64,000 nucleotides of DNA. Origin: Gammaproteobacteria bacterium (lineage in GTDB: Bacteria > Pseudomonadota > Gammaproteobacteria > Methylococcales > Methylococcaceae). Location: NCBI GenBank assembly GCA_009922685.1, contig RFVA01000002.1, positions 18,215 through 82,214 on the forward strand. Direction: 5' to 3'. Every line of letters begins with the position of its first letter. Positions within the stretch are counted from its first letter, which is position 1. The position numbers and the translations under genes were made by a program. Of the stretch, positions 1 to 10,658 are shown one piece after another. Under the pieces are notes generated by a model. The model had not been told where the DNA came from. It did not search any database and was given only the letters and a program-made list of their open reading frames with translations.

Positions 1-2850
1 GAGGGGGATGGCGACCATGATGATCAAGGGTAGTCCAAGAGAGCCGGTCTGCGCGACGAGCAGCACATAAATCATGAGCAGTGCCGCTCCAAAAGCAAGC
101 CCGAGGTCCCGAAAGACGTCGACGGTGATTTTCCATTCGCCCTCCCCAGCTAAATCGACCGTGTAGTCTTCAGGGAGTGGGCTTTGATCTCGGATTCGGC
201 CGAAATCGAGAACCGCTTCAACCGGTTCGCGGCCGACCATTTCGGCCGTGACGTAATGGAGGCGACGAAGATTTTTATGATAGATCGTGAGATTCGCTGG
301 ATGCTGTTCGACGGTCCCGATGTCTCCCAAGGCGACCAGCTGGCCTTGACTGCCTCTGATTTTGAGGGACTCGAGGGCCATGATGCTGGAGCGGTCGCCG
401 CGATTCAGGCGGAGCGTGATGGTGAGCGGTTGACGCTCCTGATCGACACGTAGGGTGCCTTGATCGGTGCCGCTAAGAGCACTCTGAAGCATCTGGGCCG
501 CCTCGCTAACCGTGATACCCACCTCGGCGGCTTTGAGTCGATCCAGTCGATATTCATAGACCGTCTGTGGGGCATCGACGGTATTGTCGACATCCACGAT
601 ACCCTCAATGGTGCTCACATCTTTGCTGACCCGCTGGGTTACGTCGGCAAGTTCCTCTGGGCCAGCGCTCAGTGGGCCATAGACCTCGGCAACAAACGTC
701 GATAGAACGGGGGGACCTGGCGGGCTTTCGACAATTTTGACATTCCCTTCATGAGCTTTGGCAATCGCTTTGACGTCGCTTCTAATCCTAAGAGCAATTT
801 CATGCGACTGCTGGATTCTTGCCTCCTTTGGCAAGAGGTTGATTCTCATTTCACCCTTGAACGGTTCCCCTCTAAGGTAATAGTGACGGACCATTCCATT
901 GAAATCCATGGGGGAGGATGTGCCAACGTAAGTCTCCACATCGGTCACTTCATTGACAGTGAGGAGGTAATCCTCGAGATCTCGAGCGAGGGCATCGGTT
1001 TTTTCAAGGGTGCTCCCCCTCGGCATATCAATGACCAACGCGAGCTCCGTCTTGTTGTCAAAGGGTAGCAGTTTCAAGGGGACCACCCGAAAGACCGCCA
1101 GCAAGGCGGACAGCACGAAGGCTATAAAAACGATGATCAGAAAGAGGCGTGCCTTCGTGGGGGCCTTGAGCATCGGGCCGAGACTTTTTTCATAAAGACG
1201 CCATAGAACGGAGGCTCTTGGATCCTCCAGTTCTCCTTTGCCATACTCACTTTGAAGAAGGTGATAAGTCGCCCATGGTGTCACGGTGAAAGCCACCAGA
1301 AGCGACATCAACATAGCCACCGGGACATTGAAGGCCATGGGTGCCATGTAGGGTCCCATCATGCCGGTGATGAAGAACATGGGCAAAAAGGAGACGATGA
1401 CCGTAAAGGTCGCAAAGATGGTGGGAGGTCTCACTTCCTCAATGGCGCTCAGCGCTGCATCGAGGGGTGGTTCGCGGCGTAATTTAAAGTGGCGGAAGAT
1501 GTTTTCAACATCAACGATCGGGTCATCGACCAGGAGTCCCAGAGAGAGGATGAGCGCAAAGAGGGTTACCCGATTAATGGTGTACCCAAAGATGAGATCC
1601 ATTAGGAGGGTCACACCTAGCGTCATTGGAACGGCCAACGCCACGATGAAGGCCTCTTTCGGGCCGAGGGCAAACGCCAGCAGAATGACGATGGTGACGA
1701 TCGCAATCAGGAGATGTTTGACCAGTTCGTTGACCTTGTGATCAGCGGTTTCCCCATTATTGCGGGTGACGGTGACTCTCATGTCCTCCGGGATCAACGA
1801 TCCCTTGGCGGCTTCGGCTGTCTTCATGACGGCTTCAGCCACCGTGACCGCATTGGCTCCCTTGCGTTTGGCAATGCCAAGGGTTACGGCCTCGCGTCGC
1901 TCGAAGGCCTTGGGTGGTGGTGGGGCATCGATTCCAGAGGCTTTGTTCTCGATGGTTTTGCTTTCGGCTGCTGCTGCGCCGAAGCCGATCCGAGTGTAGT
2001 GCGTCAGTTCTTCCTCCCCATCTTGGATGGTGGCGACATCCTGAAGCACCAGGGGCTTTCCATCGAACATTCGAAGAGGGAGCCTTTTAACATCTTCGAT
2101 TTTTTCGAAGGCGGGGCCTGCATCGAGACGAACAACTTGGTTTGCCTGATCAAACGTGCCAGCACTCAGGTTTAGATTGCCTGCCTTCAAGGCCATCATA
2201 AGATCATCAAGGGTTAGCCCAAAGCCGCCGAGCCGGCCGGGATCAGGAGTAATGAGAATGCGTCGCGCCGCCCCCCCCGTGATGGTGATATTGCCAGCAT
2301 CTTGGATGGCGGAGAATTTGTCCTTTAGCTCATCGGCGACCCGTCGGAGGCTGGCGGTCCCCGCCTTATCGGAGACAGAGGAGAGCGTGAGGGTGACAAT
2401 CGGCACATCGTCGATTTCGATCGGTGTCACCCGCCACTGCTTTATTTGGGGTGCCATCTCAGCCTGATGGGACATCAGCCGGCTCCAGACCTTAAGAAGA
2501 CTGTCTTCCCGGTCTTCGCCGACATAAAAACGAACGGTCACCAGCGCTTCATTATCTCTTGAGGCGGAGTAGACATATTCGACGCCATCGATCCCTCGGA
2601 GGAGGCTTTCAAGTGGTGTGGCGATCAGTTTTTCAACGGCCTCCGCGGAGGTTCCAGGGGCCGAAATTAAAACATCGGCCACCGGGACGATAATCTGCGG
2701 TTCTTCTTCGCGGGGCGTCAGTGCCAGAGCGGCAAATCCCGCGAGAAAAGAGGCGATCAGCAATAGAACGGAGAGTCGCGAGGTGATGAAGAGTTCGACA
2801 ATCTTGGTCGTGATACCCCGCTCTTGAGGCATCGATTTCTCGTTGGTCAT
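1..2850 (-). CDS. RND efflux transporter permease subunit (AcrB/HAE1-like), 3' end truncated by the window edge
   Basis: Not in the ORF track because there is no stop in the window. My reverse translation from ATG 2850 gives MTNEKSMPQERGITTKIVELFITSRLSVLLLIASFLAGFAALALTPREEEPQIIVPVADV... This frame still reads as RND-like at about 1260 (LPFDNKTELALVIDMPRG) and at 60..1 (LVAQTGSLGLPLIIMVAIPL). The start overlaps the stop of the upstream MFP gene (ATGA). Confidence 0.85.
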   Translation of the reverse strand, partial: MTNEKSMPQERGITTKIVELFITSRLSVLLLIASFLAGFAALALTPREEEPQIIVPVADVLISAPGTSAEAVEKLIATPLESLLRGIDGVEYVYSASRDNEALVTVRFYVGEDREDSLLKVWSRLMSHQAEMAPQIKQWRVTPIEIDDVPIVTLTLSSVSDKAGTASLRRVADELKDKFSAIQDAGNITITGGAARRILITPDPGRLGGFGLTLDDLMMALKAGNLNLSAGTFDQANQVVRLDAGPAFEKIEDVKRLPLRMFDGKPLVLQDVATIQDGEEELTHYTRIGFGAAAAESKTIENKASGIDAPPPPKAFERREAVTLGIAKRKGANAVTVAEAVMKTAEAAKGSLIPEDMRVTVTRNNGETADHKVNELVKHLLIAIVTIVILLAFALGPKEAFIVALAVPMTLGVTLLMDLIFGYTINRVTLFALILSLGLLVDDPIVDVENIFRHFKLRREPPLDAALSAIEEVRPPTIFATFTVIVSFLPMFFITGMMGPYMAPMAFNVPVAMLMSLLVAFTVTPWATYHLLQSEYGKGELEDPRASVLWRLYEKSLGPMLKAPTKARLFLIIVFIAFVLSALLAVFRVVPLKLLPFDNKTELALVIDMPRGSTLEKTDALARDLEDYLLTVNEVTDVETYVGTSSPMDFNGMVRHYYLRGEPFKGEMRINLLPKEARIQQSHEIALRIRSDVKAIAKAHEGNVKIVESPPGPPVLSTFVAEVYGPLSAGPEELADVTQRVSKDVSTIEGIVDVDNTVDAPQTVYEYRLDRLKAAEVGITVSEAAQMLQSALSGTDQGTLRVDQERQPLTITLRLNRGDRSSIMALESLKIRGSQGQLVALGDIGTVEQHPANLTIYHKNLRRLHYVTAEMVGREPVEAVLDFGRIRDQSPLPEDYTVDLAGEGEWKITVDVFRDLGLAFGAALLMIYVLLVAQTGSLGLPLIIMVAIPL

Positions 2851-3932
2851 GGTTCGTCCCGATCCATGACCACGCGATCACCTTCTTCAAGGCCCGAGAG
2901 GATTTCGATGTGGGGACCGATCTTTCGCCCTGTTCGAACCAACCGGATGACGGGCTTTCCTTCTTTGATGATATGAACCATCTCCAGTTGGCCATTCCGA
3001 TGGATCGCTTCTACTGGAATGGCGAGGGAGTTAAGGGTGCCGCAGGCGAGAGTCACAGTTGCAAAGCTTCCAGGCCGAATCCCCTTGCCATCAACCATGG
3101 GTAGCGTTGCCTTAATCAAGAGGGTATGGGTGGTCGGGTCCTCAGAGGGGACTATTTCATCGACTAAGGCGTTTGGGATAGGGCCTGAGGATGCGGTTCG
3201 GATCGTCAGAGGGGCACCGATTTGAATGGCGTGGCTGCAGAGGTCTGGGATATTAGCGGCAACGCGCAAGGAACCCGATTGGAGCAGTGTCAGAATGGGC
3301 TGGCCGGGCATCGCCATATCACCTAGTTCTTGATGTCGAACATCAATCGTCCCATCGAATGGGGCTAAAAGACGAGTTTCTGCGAGTTGGGCTGCGGCTT
3401 CACGGACACCGTCACGGGCTTTCACCACCATCGCGCCTGCTTGGGTCTCTTGAGCCTCGGCGGTTTCAAGGGCCTGCCGGGTTGCTGCCTCCCGATCAAA
3501 GAGGTTCCTAAGTCGATGGGCATCAGCCCGGGCTCTTTGGGCTTCAGCTTCTGTCGCTCGAAGCTCACTTCGCGCTTGAGCGACTCGGGCATCAAGGCCA
3601 GGGTGATCAATGCGGGCGATAAGTTGGCCGCGCTTTACTTGCTGCCCGCTTCTGATAGGCAGTTCGAGAATACGGCCATTGATGGCAGGGGCAATGGTGA
3701 TGACTTTAAGGGCGGTGATGGTCGCAGGCCAGTCACTGGTATCCCCCCCCTCGAGTCTCACTACGGGCTCGGTCTTTGGTGGCTTGGAGGTTGATGCAGT
3801 CATCGTTGTTTGACCAGGCTCGGTCTTAGCCCTAAAACCGCCCTCGATCAGGATCAACAGGAAGACAAATCCTAAGGCGGTGATCCCGAGTTTGACGAGC
3901 ATCGTATGGGAAGAGACGTTCATCTCGGACAT
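2847..3932 (-). CDS. RND efflux membrane fusion (periplasmic adaptor) protein, HlyD/AcrA family
   Basis: 361-aa ORF with an N-terminal TM anchor, coiled-coil hairpin segments (ARVAQARSELRATEAEAQRARAD...) and beta-barrel C-terminal motifs. It sits between the OMF and RND genes. Confidence 0.85.
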   Translation of the reverse strand: MSEMNVSSHTMLVKLGITALGFVFLLILIEGGFRAKTEPGQTTMTASTSKPPKTEPVVRLEGGDTSDWPATITALKVITIAPAINGRILELPIRSGQQVKRGQLIARIDHPGLDARVAQARSELRATEAEAQRARADAHRLRNLFDREAATRQALETAEAQETQAGAMVVKARDGVREAAAQLAETRLLAPFDGTIDVRHQELGDMAMPGQPILTLLQSGSLRVAANIPDLCSHAIQIGAPLTIRTASSGPIPNALVDEIVPSEDPTTHTLLIKATLPMVDGKGIRPGSFATVTLACGTLNSLAIPVEAIHRNGQLEMVHIIKEGKPVIRLVRTGRKIGPHIEILSGLEEGDRVVMDRDEP

Positions 3933-3969
3933 GGCAGGACCTGTCTTTGCTGTGTATGGATGGAAATCA

Positions 3970-5373
3970 TCATCGCCAGTGCCCTATCGCTTCAAGGAGC
4001 TGGGCTTCGGCAACCTGGGTCTCGAATTGTGTGACCACGGCTCTGAGTGCGGCGCTAGCCCGATCGGTCTCGGCTTCAAGATAGCGGGTCACGGTAGCAG
4101 TCCCGCCATGGTACTGCTCCTTGACGAGCCGCAGCGCCTCCTCGGCGGATTGGGCCCCGGCTTCGGAGACCTTGAGGCGCTCAAGAGCTTGCTCTAGGGT
4201 CGAATAGGCCTGTCTTACCTGTTGCTCAACCTCAAGACGGGTTTTTTGTTCAACCGCTTCGGCTTCGGCAAGACGGCGTTCTGCGGCTGAAATGCGAGCG
4301 TTGATGGCGCCGCCTGCAAAAAGATCCAGCTCGGCGTTAATACCAATGCTGGCATTGCCTTCGTAATTCGAAGGATTCAGGGTGCGACTGTTCGAGCCAT
4401 AGGCGGCATAGGCGTTGACCCTTGGGAGTATGGCGCCGTTGGCTGCGCTGAGTTCGTGCTGGCGAATCTCGATCTGATGATTCGCGGCCTGCAATTCGGG
4501 TCTTTGGTTAGACGCTTCATCAAACAGAGCCTTAAGATTTTCCTTCAGGGTCGGGGTAGGCACTTCAAGCTCACGCACCTCAGGAAGTTCGGTGCCGGTG
4601 TCACCTAGTAGGGATTTCAGTGCAGATCTTGAGAGATTGACGTTATTGATGGCCTGAAGCTCCGATTCCTTTGCAGATCTTGAGCGGACCTCGAGACTGA
4701 GGACATCGCCTCTGAGGGCGCTGCCTTCCTCCACTTTCAAGCGGGTGTGTTCTACTTCCTTGTCGACGGCAAGAATGGACCGCTTGGCGATTTCAACCTG
4801 TTTTGGGGCGGATATAACCGCGTAGAAGGCGGCAGTAACCGCGGCGGCGAGGCGGTTTTTGAGTGCTGCATGCTCCAGTTCTGTGGCCTTGACCCCGAGT
4901 TCGGCCGCCTTGTGGAGATAATCATCCTGGCCGCCACGATAAAGGTTGATGCTGCCAATGACTTCCGGCCGAAAGTTTTCAACCCAACCAGGATTGTTCA
5001 CCTGACTGTTGATGTCACTGCTGTTCGCATTAAACCTCCTTTGGGAAACGATGTAGGAGAAGGCGAGGGCGGGATTGTTGGTGTAGTCATAACCGACCCG
5101 CGCGGTCACTTTGGGATAGAATCCTGCTGCAACCTCGGCGACCCGAGATTCAGCTTGCCCGATTCTGGAAATGGCTGCAGCGAGATCTGGGTTCTGAACA
5201 AAGGCGAGATCTATCGCCTCATTTAGGCTGAGGCCTCGGTGGGGCGTTCCTTTTTCTGATCCGTTTTGGGGGGCCGCCACGACCGTGGCCGTAAACAACA
5301 GGATCGATAATCCAACACGTATCAGTCGAAAAAAATGATGCATGGTGACGATGGCTAGAACTTCTGGGCCCAT
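3970..5373 (-). CDS. Outer-membrane efflux protein (TolC/OprM-like outer membrane factor)
   Basis: 467-aa ORF with a signal-like N-terminus and two repeated TolC-type helical halves (LSLNEAIDLAFVQNPDLAAA..., ...QRPELQAANHQIEIRQHEL...). It is the first gene of the OMF-MFP-RND operon. The start is uncertain; the alternative ATG is at 5343. Confidence 0.85.
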   Translation of the reverse strand: MGPEVLAIVTMHHFFRLIRVGLSILLFTATVVAAPQNGSEKGTPHRGLSLNEAIDLAFVQNPDLAAAISRIGQAESRVAEVAAGFYPKVTARVGYDYTNNPALAFSYIVSQRRFNANSSDINSQVNNPGWVENFRPEVIGSINLYRGGQDDYLHKAAELGVKATELEHAALKNRLAAAVTAAFYAVISAPKQVEIAKRSILAVDKEVEHTRLKVEEGSALRGDVLSLEVRSRSAKESELQAINNVNLSRSALKSLLGDTGTELPEVRELEVPTPTLKENLKALFDEASNQRPELQAANHQIEIRQHELSAANGAILPRVNAYAAYGSNSRTLNPSNYEGNASIGINAELDLFAGGAINARISAAERRLAEAEAVEQKTRLEVEQQVRQAYSTLEQALERLKVSEAGAQSAEEALRLVKEQYHGGTATVTRYLEAETDRASAALRAVVTQFETQVAEAQLLEAIGHWR

Positions 5374-5580
5374 TTCAGGAGGGCGAGGTTTGGCTTCAGT
5401 CTGATTAAAATATTAGTGATTAATTATATAACATGAGCCTTGGACCGTGAAGCGGTTTTTTTGAGTTCTGGTTATATCTATCCTGAGCCTCTCTGATCAA
5501 AGCATAGGGTCGGTATAATGAGGTGATCAAGCTTTTGGAGCTTTTTCCATTTTGAATACTAAGGATTGTGAGGATCAAAC

Positions 5581-6381
5581 ATGGATAGTTGGTTGAATGC
5601 GCTGGCGAGCTGGCAGTTAGGTTTTTTTGTAGTGGGTAGCTTGGCGATCTTCGCTGTGGTGATCCTAGAGATCACCTATCGCTATTTCATGGTGATGGTG
5701 CGGGATTCCAATAGGGTTGATCGCATCGCTCTTTTTTCCTCCAGTAGCGGGGTTCTCTACAGCGTCTTTCTCGCCTTGATTACGGTCAACGCCTGGCAAG
5801 ATTTTAGTGATGTGCAGACGTCGATTGAGGAGGAGGCCTACACCATTGGGGATCTTTATCGAGACCTCCAAGGGGTTCCTGGCCAGAACAGCCAGGAGAT
5901 GCAGTCACTGTTACGAACCTATGTAAACACCGTCTTGAACGAGGAGTGGCCTGCGTTTCGGGTGGGCGAACGTAATTTTGCAGCCCGAGGGATCATGGAT
6001 GATCTTTTTGACAAGGCCGGTGAATTAGAGCCCCATTCGTTGGGGGAACAGACCCTTCACATCGAAGTTCTTCGCCTTTTGAATACCGTCACTCACAATC
6101 ACCGAATCCTCGGCGATTCTGTGGATGAATCTGTATTGCCCATGCTCTGGGTCGTTGTGTGGATCGGTGGGTTACTCAACTTAGCGATTAATGCCCTCTC
6201 TGCCAGTGGACGGCGGGGCTTTGATTATTTTCTTCTCGTTACTTTCGCCATTAATATCGGACTCGTGATCACATTGATCTACGTGCTAGACCATCCTTTT
6301 AAAGGCGGAGTCCATGTCTCGGACGACCCCTTAAGGGGTGCGCTGGATCTGATGGATCATCTGGATAGCAGGCGACACTGA
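5581..6381 (+). CDS. Hypothetical integral membrane protein (DUF4239-like from memory)
   Basis: 266-aa ORF with hydrophobic segments at the N-terminus and C-terminus and a soluble middle. It lies in its own intergenic context after an AT-rich promoter region. The family call is tentative. Confidence 0.5.
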   Translation: MDSWLNALASWQLGFFVVGSLAIFAVVILEITYRYFMVMVRDSNRVDRIALFSSSSGVLYSVFLALITVNAWQDFSDVQTSIEEEAYTIGDLYRDLQGVPGQNSQEMQSLLRTYVNTVLNEEWPAFRVGERNFAARGIMDDLFDKAGELEPHSLGEQTLHIEVLRLLNTVTHNHRILGDSVDESVLPMLWVVVWIGGLLNLAINALSASGRRGFDYFLLVTFAINIGLVITLIYVLDHPFKGGVHVSDDPLRGALDLMDHLDSRRH

Positions 6382-6490
6382 GATCTTTGAGGTTGTGATC
6401 TCAAAGCCAAAAAACCTCCATGGCTTCTGCCGCTCAAAAAAAGGGAAGGCCATTCTCCCTCAGAGCATGCACCGGCCGATCAACCGTCAT

Positions 6491-9382
6491 TTAGATCGAG
6501 TCCTTCGGCTGAACCTTGCGTTTGCCCGTTGTTTTCTTAGGTTTTGATGGGGTTGTTTCAGCCCTGAGAAGGACCTTTCGAAGGTATTGGCCCGTATAGG
6601 AACTTGGCGTTTCCGCAACCGTCTCGGGGGTACCTATAGCGAGAATCATGCCTCCGCCATCTCCGCCTTCAGGGCCAAGATCAATAATCCAATCGGCTGT
6701 TTTAATGACATCGAGGTTGTGTTCGATGATGATCACGGTGTTGCCATGGTCCCTCAGCTGATGAAGAACCCCAAGGAGCTGTCGAATGTCATGAAAATGA
6801 AGTCCGGTGGTGGGTTCATCGAGAATGTAAAGCGTTTTACCCGTATCTCGTTTCGACAGTTCCCGGGCCAGCTTGACGCGTTGTGCTTCTCCCCCTGAGA
6901 GGGTGACTGCGTTTTGGCCGAGGGTGATATACCCAAGACCCACCTCCATCAAGGTATCGAGCTTCCGGGAGACCGTTGGAATCGCTGAAAAGAAGCTCGC
7001 CGCCGCTTCCACCGTCATGCCAAGGACTTCATCGATGGTTTTTCCCTTGTAGCGAATATCGAGGGTTTCCCGGTTATACCGCTTGCCCTGACAGGCATCG
7101 CAGTTGACGAAGAGATCCGGTAGGAAATGCATTTCGACCTTGATCACCCCATCACCCGCGCAGGCCTCACAGCGCCCGCCCTTCACATTGAAACTGAAGC
7201 GCCCTGGCAAGTATCCCCGCGATCGAGCCTCAGGAGTGGCTGCAAAGAGCTCGCGGATTGGGGTGAAGACCTGGGTATAAGTTGCTGGGTTTGAGCGGGG
7301 CGTTCTCCCGATGGGGCTCTGATCGATATCGACGACCTTATCAAAGTGATCGAGACCTTCGACCTTTTCGAAGGGAGCGGCCGCTTGACTCGCGCCATTG
7401 AGCTCTCGCGCTGCAATCCTGAAAAGAGTGTCATTCACCAGGGTTGATTTGCCGGAGCCTGAAACGCCCGTGACACAGGTCAAAAGTCCGACGGGAAATA
7501 CCGCCGTGATGTCCTTCAAATTATTGCCACTGGCCCCCTTGAGGGTTAACACGCGTTCGGGGTCAAAGGCCCCTCGTTGGTTTGGCACATCAATCAGTAA
7601 CCTTCCAGAAAGGTATTGCCCGGTGAGTGAGTCAGGGTGGGCCATTACCTCCTCAGGGGTGCCGCTGGCGACAATTTCACCGCCGTGAACACCGGCGCCA
7701 GGCCCAATATCCACCACGCGATCTGCAAGGCGGATGGCCTCTTCATCGTGTTCAACCACAATCACCGTATTGCCGATGTCCCGAAGATGAATCAAGGTAT
7801 CCAGAAGCCGCTGATTATCACGCTGGTGGAGGCCGATCGAAGGTTCATCCAGCACATACATGACCCCGACCAGCCCGGCACCCACTTGACTGGCCAGCCG
7901 AATCCTCTGGGCCTCGCCTCCTGAAAGCGTGTCAGCGCTGCGGTCAAGGGTCAGATAGTCGAGCCCCACGTTGACCAAAAAGCTCAAGCGTTCGCCGATT
8001 TCTTTGATGATCTTTGCGGCCACCTGACCGCGTTGCCCCTCAAGCTCCAGGGTTTGAAAGAAATGAACCGCCCGCCGGATCGGGAGGCGGGTGAGATGGT
8101 GAAGCGGATGTTGGTCGATGAAGACATGGCGGGCGGCGCGATTGAGGCGAGCGCCATCGCAGCTTGGGCAAGGCTTATTGGCCTGATATTTCGCTAGCTC
8201 CTCCCGGACACTCATCGAATCGGTTTCGAGGTAACGTCGCTCCATGTTGGGGATGACGCCCTCAAAGCGGTGTCGTTGGGTGGTGAAGGTTCCCCTTGAT
8301 GTTGGCGATTTAAAGGCAATCGCTTCGCGGCCGCTGCCGAACAGAATGACCTTCTTCATCTCAGGCGAAAGGGAGTCGAAGGGTTGTTCAGGATCGAAGC
8401 TGTAATGTTCGGCGAGTGACAGGATGAGATGGTAGTAATAGGTATTTCGTCGGTCCCAGTTTCTGACGGCGCCATCGGCGAGGCTCAGGTGGGGGCTGTG
8501 CACCACAAGGTCTGGATCAAAATACTGCCGGATACCGAGACCATCACACTCGGGGCACGCTCCTTTAGGGTTGTTGAAGGAAAAAATGCGTGGTTCGAGT
8601 TCGCTCAATGCATAGCCACAATGGGGGCAGGCATATTGATCAGAGAAGATCGTTTCTTTGCCATCCTCCTCCATGGAGACGACCAGGGCTAAGCCGCCGG
8701 CCAGTTTGAGTGCCGTTTCAAAAGATTCAGCGAGACGGATTCTAAGGTCCTCACGAATCTTAAAGCGATCGACGACGGCTTCAATGGTGTGCTTTTTACG
8801 GAGTTCAAGCTTAGGCGGGTCGTCGAGTTCGAACACTTCGCCGTTGATTCTGGCTCGAACAAAGCCCCGGTTCTTAAGGTGCTCAAGGACTTGAAGGTGT
8901 TCGCCTTTGCGGTCGCTGACGACCGGTGCGAGCAACATCCAGCGACTATTTGGTGGTTCCAAGAGGACCTGATCGACCATCTGGCTGACGGTCTGGGCGA
9001 CCAGAGAGACACCATGGTCCGGGCACTGGGGGGTTCCGACGCGCGCATAGAGAAGCCTCAGGTAGTCATAAACTTCGGTGATCGTGCCGACCGTCGAACG
9101 GGGATTGTGAGAGGTTGATTTCTGCTCTATCGAGATGGCGGGAGAAAGTCCCTCAATATGATCAACGTCCGGTTTTTCCATAACTGAAAGGAATTGTCGG
9201 GCGTAGGCCGAGAGGGATTCGACATAGCGTCTTTGGCCTTCGGCATAGATGGTATCGAAGGCCAATGACGATTTTCCGGAGCCTGAAAGTCCGGTGATAA
9301 CGATCAAGCGATCACGAGGAAGGTCAAGGTCGATGTTCTTGAGGTTATGGGTCCTTGCGCCGCGAATGCGAATCATATCCAT
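6491..9382 (-). CDS. uvrA: Excinuclease ABC subunit A
   Basis: Canonical N-terminus [53 protein letters not shown], two ABC ATPase modules and zinc-finger cysteines. The track ORF (to 9499) carries a 39-aa extension with no homolog-like sequence. ATG at 9382 gives 963 aa. Confidence 0.97.
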   Translation of the reverse strand: MDMIRIRGARTHNLKNIDLDLPRDRLIVITGLSGSGKSSLAFDTIYAEGQRRYVESLSAYARQFLSVMEKPDVDHIEGLSPAISIEQKSTSHNPRSTVGTITEVYDYLRLLYARVGTPQCPDHGVSLVAQTVSQMVDQVLLEPPNSRWMLLAPVVSDRKGEHLQVLEHLKNRGFVRARINGEVFELDDPPKLELRKKHTIEAVVDRFKIREDLRIRLAESFETALKLAGGLALVVSMEEDGKETIFSDQYACPHCGYALSELEPRIFSFNNPKGACPECDGLGIRQYFDPDLVVHSPHLSLADGAVRNWDRRNTYYYHLILSLAEHYSFDPEQPFDSLSPEMKKVILFGSGREAIAFKSPTSRGTFTTQRHRFEGVIPNMERRYLETDSMSVREELAKYQANKPCPSCDGARLNRAARHVFIDQHPLHHLTRLPIRRAVHFFQTLELEGQRGQVAAKIIKEIGERLSFLVNVGLDYLTLDRSADTLSGGEAQRIRLASQVGAGLVGVMYVLDEPSIGLHQRDNQRLLDTLIHLRDIGNTVIVVEHDEEAIRLADRVVDIGPGAGVHGGEIVASGTPEEVMAHPDSLTGQYLSGRLLIDVPNQRGAFDPERVLTLKGASGNNLKDITAVFPVGLLTCVTGVSGSGKSTLVNDTLFRIAARELNGASQAAAPFEKVEGLDHFDKVVDIDQSPIGRTPRSNPATYTQVFTPIRELFAATPEARSRGYLPGRFSFNVKGGRCEACAGDGVIKVEMHFLPDLFVNCDACQGKRYNRETLDIRYKGKTIDEVLGMTVEAAASFFSAIPTVSRKLDTLMEVGLGYITLGQNAVTLSGGEAQRVKLARELSKRDTGKTLYILDEPTTGLHFHDIRQLLGVLHQLRDHGNTVIIIEHNLDVIKTADWIIDLGPEGGDGGGMILAIGTPETVAETPSSYTGQYLRKVLLRAETTPSKPKKTTGKRKVQPKDSI

Positions 9383-9522
9383 GAGAAGGCTGATCGGTCT
9401 TAAAGAGGATAGGGAGGGGTGGGGAGCTGAGATCTCTTGACCGCATCGATTATACGGCGTAGGTTCTCCGCGTGGGGTTTCTGAGTCGGCCCCCTTCAAT
9501 CCCTTTGAATTGAGAGAATCCC

Positions 9523-9867
9523 ATGAAACGAACCGCCACTTTGAGCCTCAGTGTTCTCTTGTTAGGTTGTGTCGCTAATCCCCTCAACCCCGGTGCCGAA
9601 AAGGTGGAGGTGATGACGACCCCGAGGGAAGTCAAGAAGTGCACGTTCATTGGTGATGTCTCAGGGAGCCAGGGTAACCGCTTTTCAGGGACATTCACCA
9701 GCAATGAGAACCTGCTTCTTGGCGCGCGGCATGCCATTAAGAATGAGGCGGCTCGTCTTGGCGGCAATGCGGTTCTGATTCAGCAGCAACAGTATTCCCA
9801 GCACGAATTGTCGGGCGGCACTGCCAATGCCACCCTGGTCGGCAAGGCTTACCGCTGCGGAACTTAG
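9523..9867 (+). CDS. Small lipoprotein (DUF4156-like)
   Basis: Signal peptide plus lipobox LLLGC at residues 12-16. The mature part [14 protein letters not shown]...[19 protein letters not shown] resembles the DUF4156 lipoprotein family (recalled). Divergent from uvrA. Confidence 0.7.
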   Translation: MKRTATLSLSVLLLGCVANPLNPGAEKVEVMTTPREVKKCTFIGDVSGSQGNRFSGTFTSNENLLLGARHAIKNEAARLGGNAVLIQQQQYSQHELSGGTANATLVGKAYRCGT

Positions 9868-10310
9868 GCCGGAGGGATTCTGAAGGTGAAGGTCACTGGG
9901 CCGTCATTGATGAGGGCGACCTTCATGTCAGCGCCGAACTGACCCGTCGCGACCTTGGGATGGTGTGATCGGATCCTCTTTACCAAGACGTCAAATACGC
10001 GTCGTCCTGTTTCAGGATCCGCTGCGGGGGTAAAGCTGGGCCTCAATCCTTTGCCGGTATCTGCGGCCAGCGTGAATTGGGAGACGAGGAGAATGCCGCC
10101 TCCAACCGCCCCTACGTCAAGGTTCATCTTGCCCTCTGTGTCAGAGAACATGCGGTAAGCCAGAAGTTTTTCGGCGAGTTTTTGGGCGGTAGTATCGGTG
10201 TCGCCTTTTTCAATGGCGACCAAGGCCAAAAGCCCGTGATGGATTGCGCCCACCAGCACTCCCTCAACGTGGACCGAGGCCTCGCTGACGCGCTGAACCA
10301 CGCTGATCAT
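9864..10310 (-). CDS. dtd: D-aminoacyl-tRNA deacylase
   Basis: 148 aa. [17 protein letters not shown]...[17 protein letters not shown]...GPVTF is the Dtd signature. Its stop overlaps the convergent lipoprotein gene stop by 4 nt. Confidence 0.93.
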   Translation of the reverse strand: MISVVQRVSEASVHVEGVLVGAIHHGLLALVAIEKGDTDTTAQKLAEKLLAYRMFSDTEGKMNLDVGAVGGGILLVSQFTLAADTGKGLRPSFTPAADPETGRRVFDVLVKRIRSHHPKVATGQFGADMKVALINDGPVTFTFRIPPA

Positions 10311-10315
10311 GAGCG

Positions 10316-10633
10316 TTAGTAGCGCCCCATCGTTGGATCAATCTCGCGCGCAAAGGCATCGACGCCTCCCTCAAGGTTGATGACCTCGGCGATCCCTTGA
10401 TGGATCAAAAAGTTAGCCACCGCGGCACTGCGCATCCCGTGATGGCAGATTGTAACAATCGTCGCGTGGGTATCGATCTCCGAGAGCCTCGAAGGGATGG
10501 TGTTCATTGGGATATTGATACTGCCTGAGATGTGGCAGAAGGCGAATTCATGCGGCTCTCGAACATCGAGCAAGCACAGTGCTTCGCCTGACTGACGGCG
10601 AGCCTCAAAGTCCTTAGCGTTCAGGGTTTTCAC
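10316..10633 (-). CDS. Single-domain rhodanese (sulfurtransferase)
   Basis: Rhodanese domain with active-site loop CHHGMRS. The track ORF (to 10810) would overlap the mtkB/sucD 3' end. GTG at 10633 is preceded by GGAG 6 nt upstream and lies just after the mtkB stop (10659). This gives about 105 aa. Confidence 0.8.
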   Translation of the reverse strand: MKTLNAKDFEARRQSGEALCLLDVREPHEFAFCHISGSINIPMNTIPSRLSEIDTHATIVTICHHGMRSAAVANFLIHQGIAEVINLEGGVDAFAREIDPTMGRY

Positions 10634-10658
10634 TGTTTTCTCCGGGGAATGCTGAGGT

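Noticed and set aside
1-5373. The RND efflux operon as a candidate novel or accessory system.
   Set aside because: It has the standard OMF-MFP-RND architecture with typical motifs and nothing unexplained. The absence of a local regulator in the window is not informative, because the operon's downstream side is cut off.
9383-9499. N-terminal extensions of the longest ORFs for uvrA. The same applies to sucC/mtkA (to 12837), sucD/mtkB (to 11591), the rhodanese (to 10810), the SnoaL-like gene (to 23814), hslR (to 24307), rpsO (from 30356), purT (from 42354) and deaD (to 59784).
   Set aside because: The extensions do not resemble homolog N-termini, and they often overlap the neighbouring gene or its terminator. 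Internal starts with SD motifs reproduce canonical N-termini.
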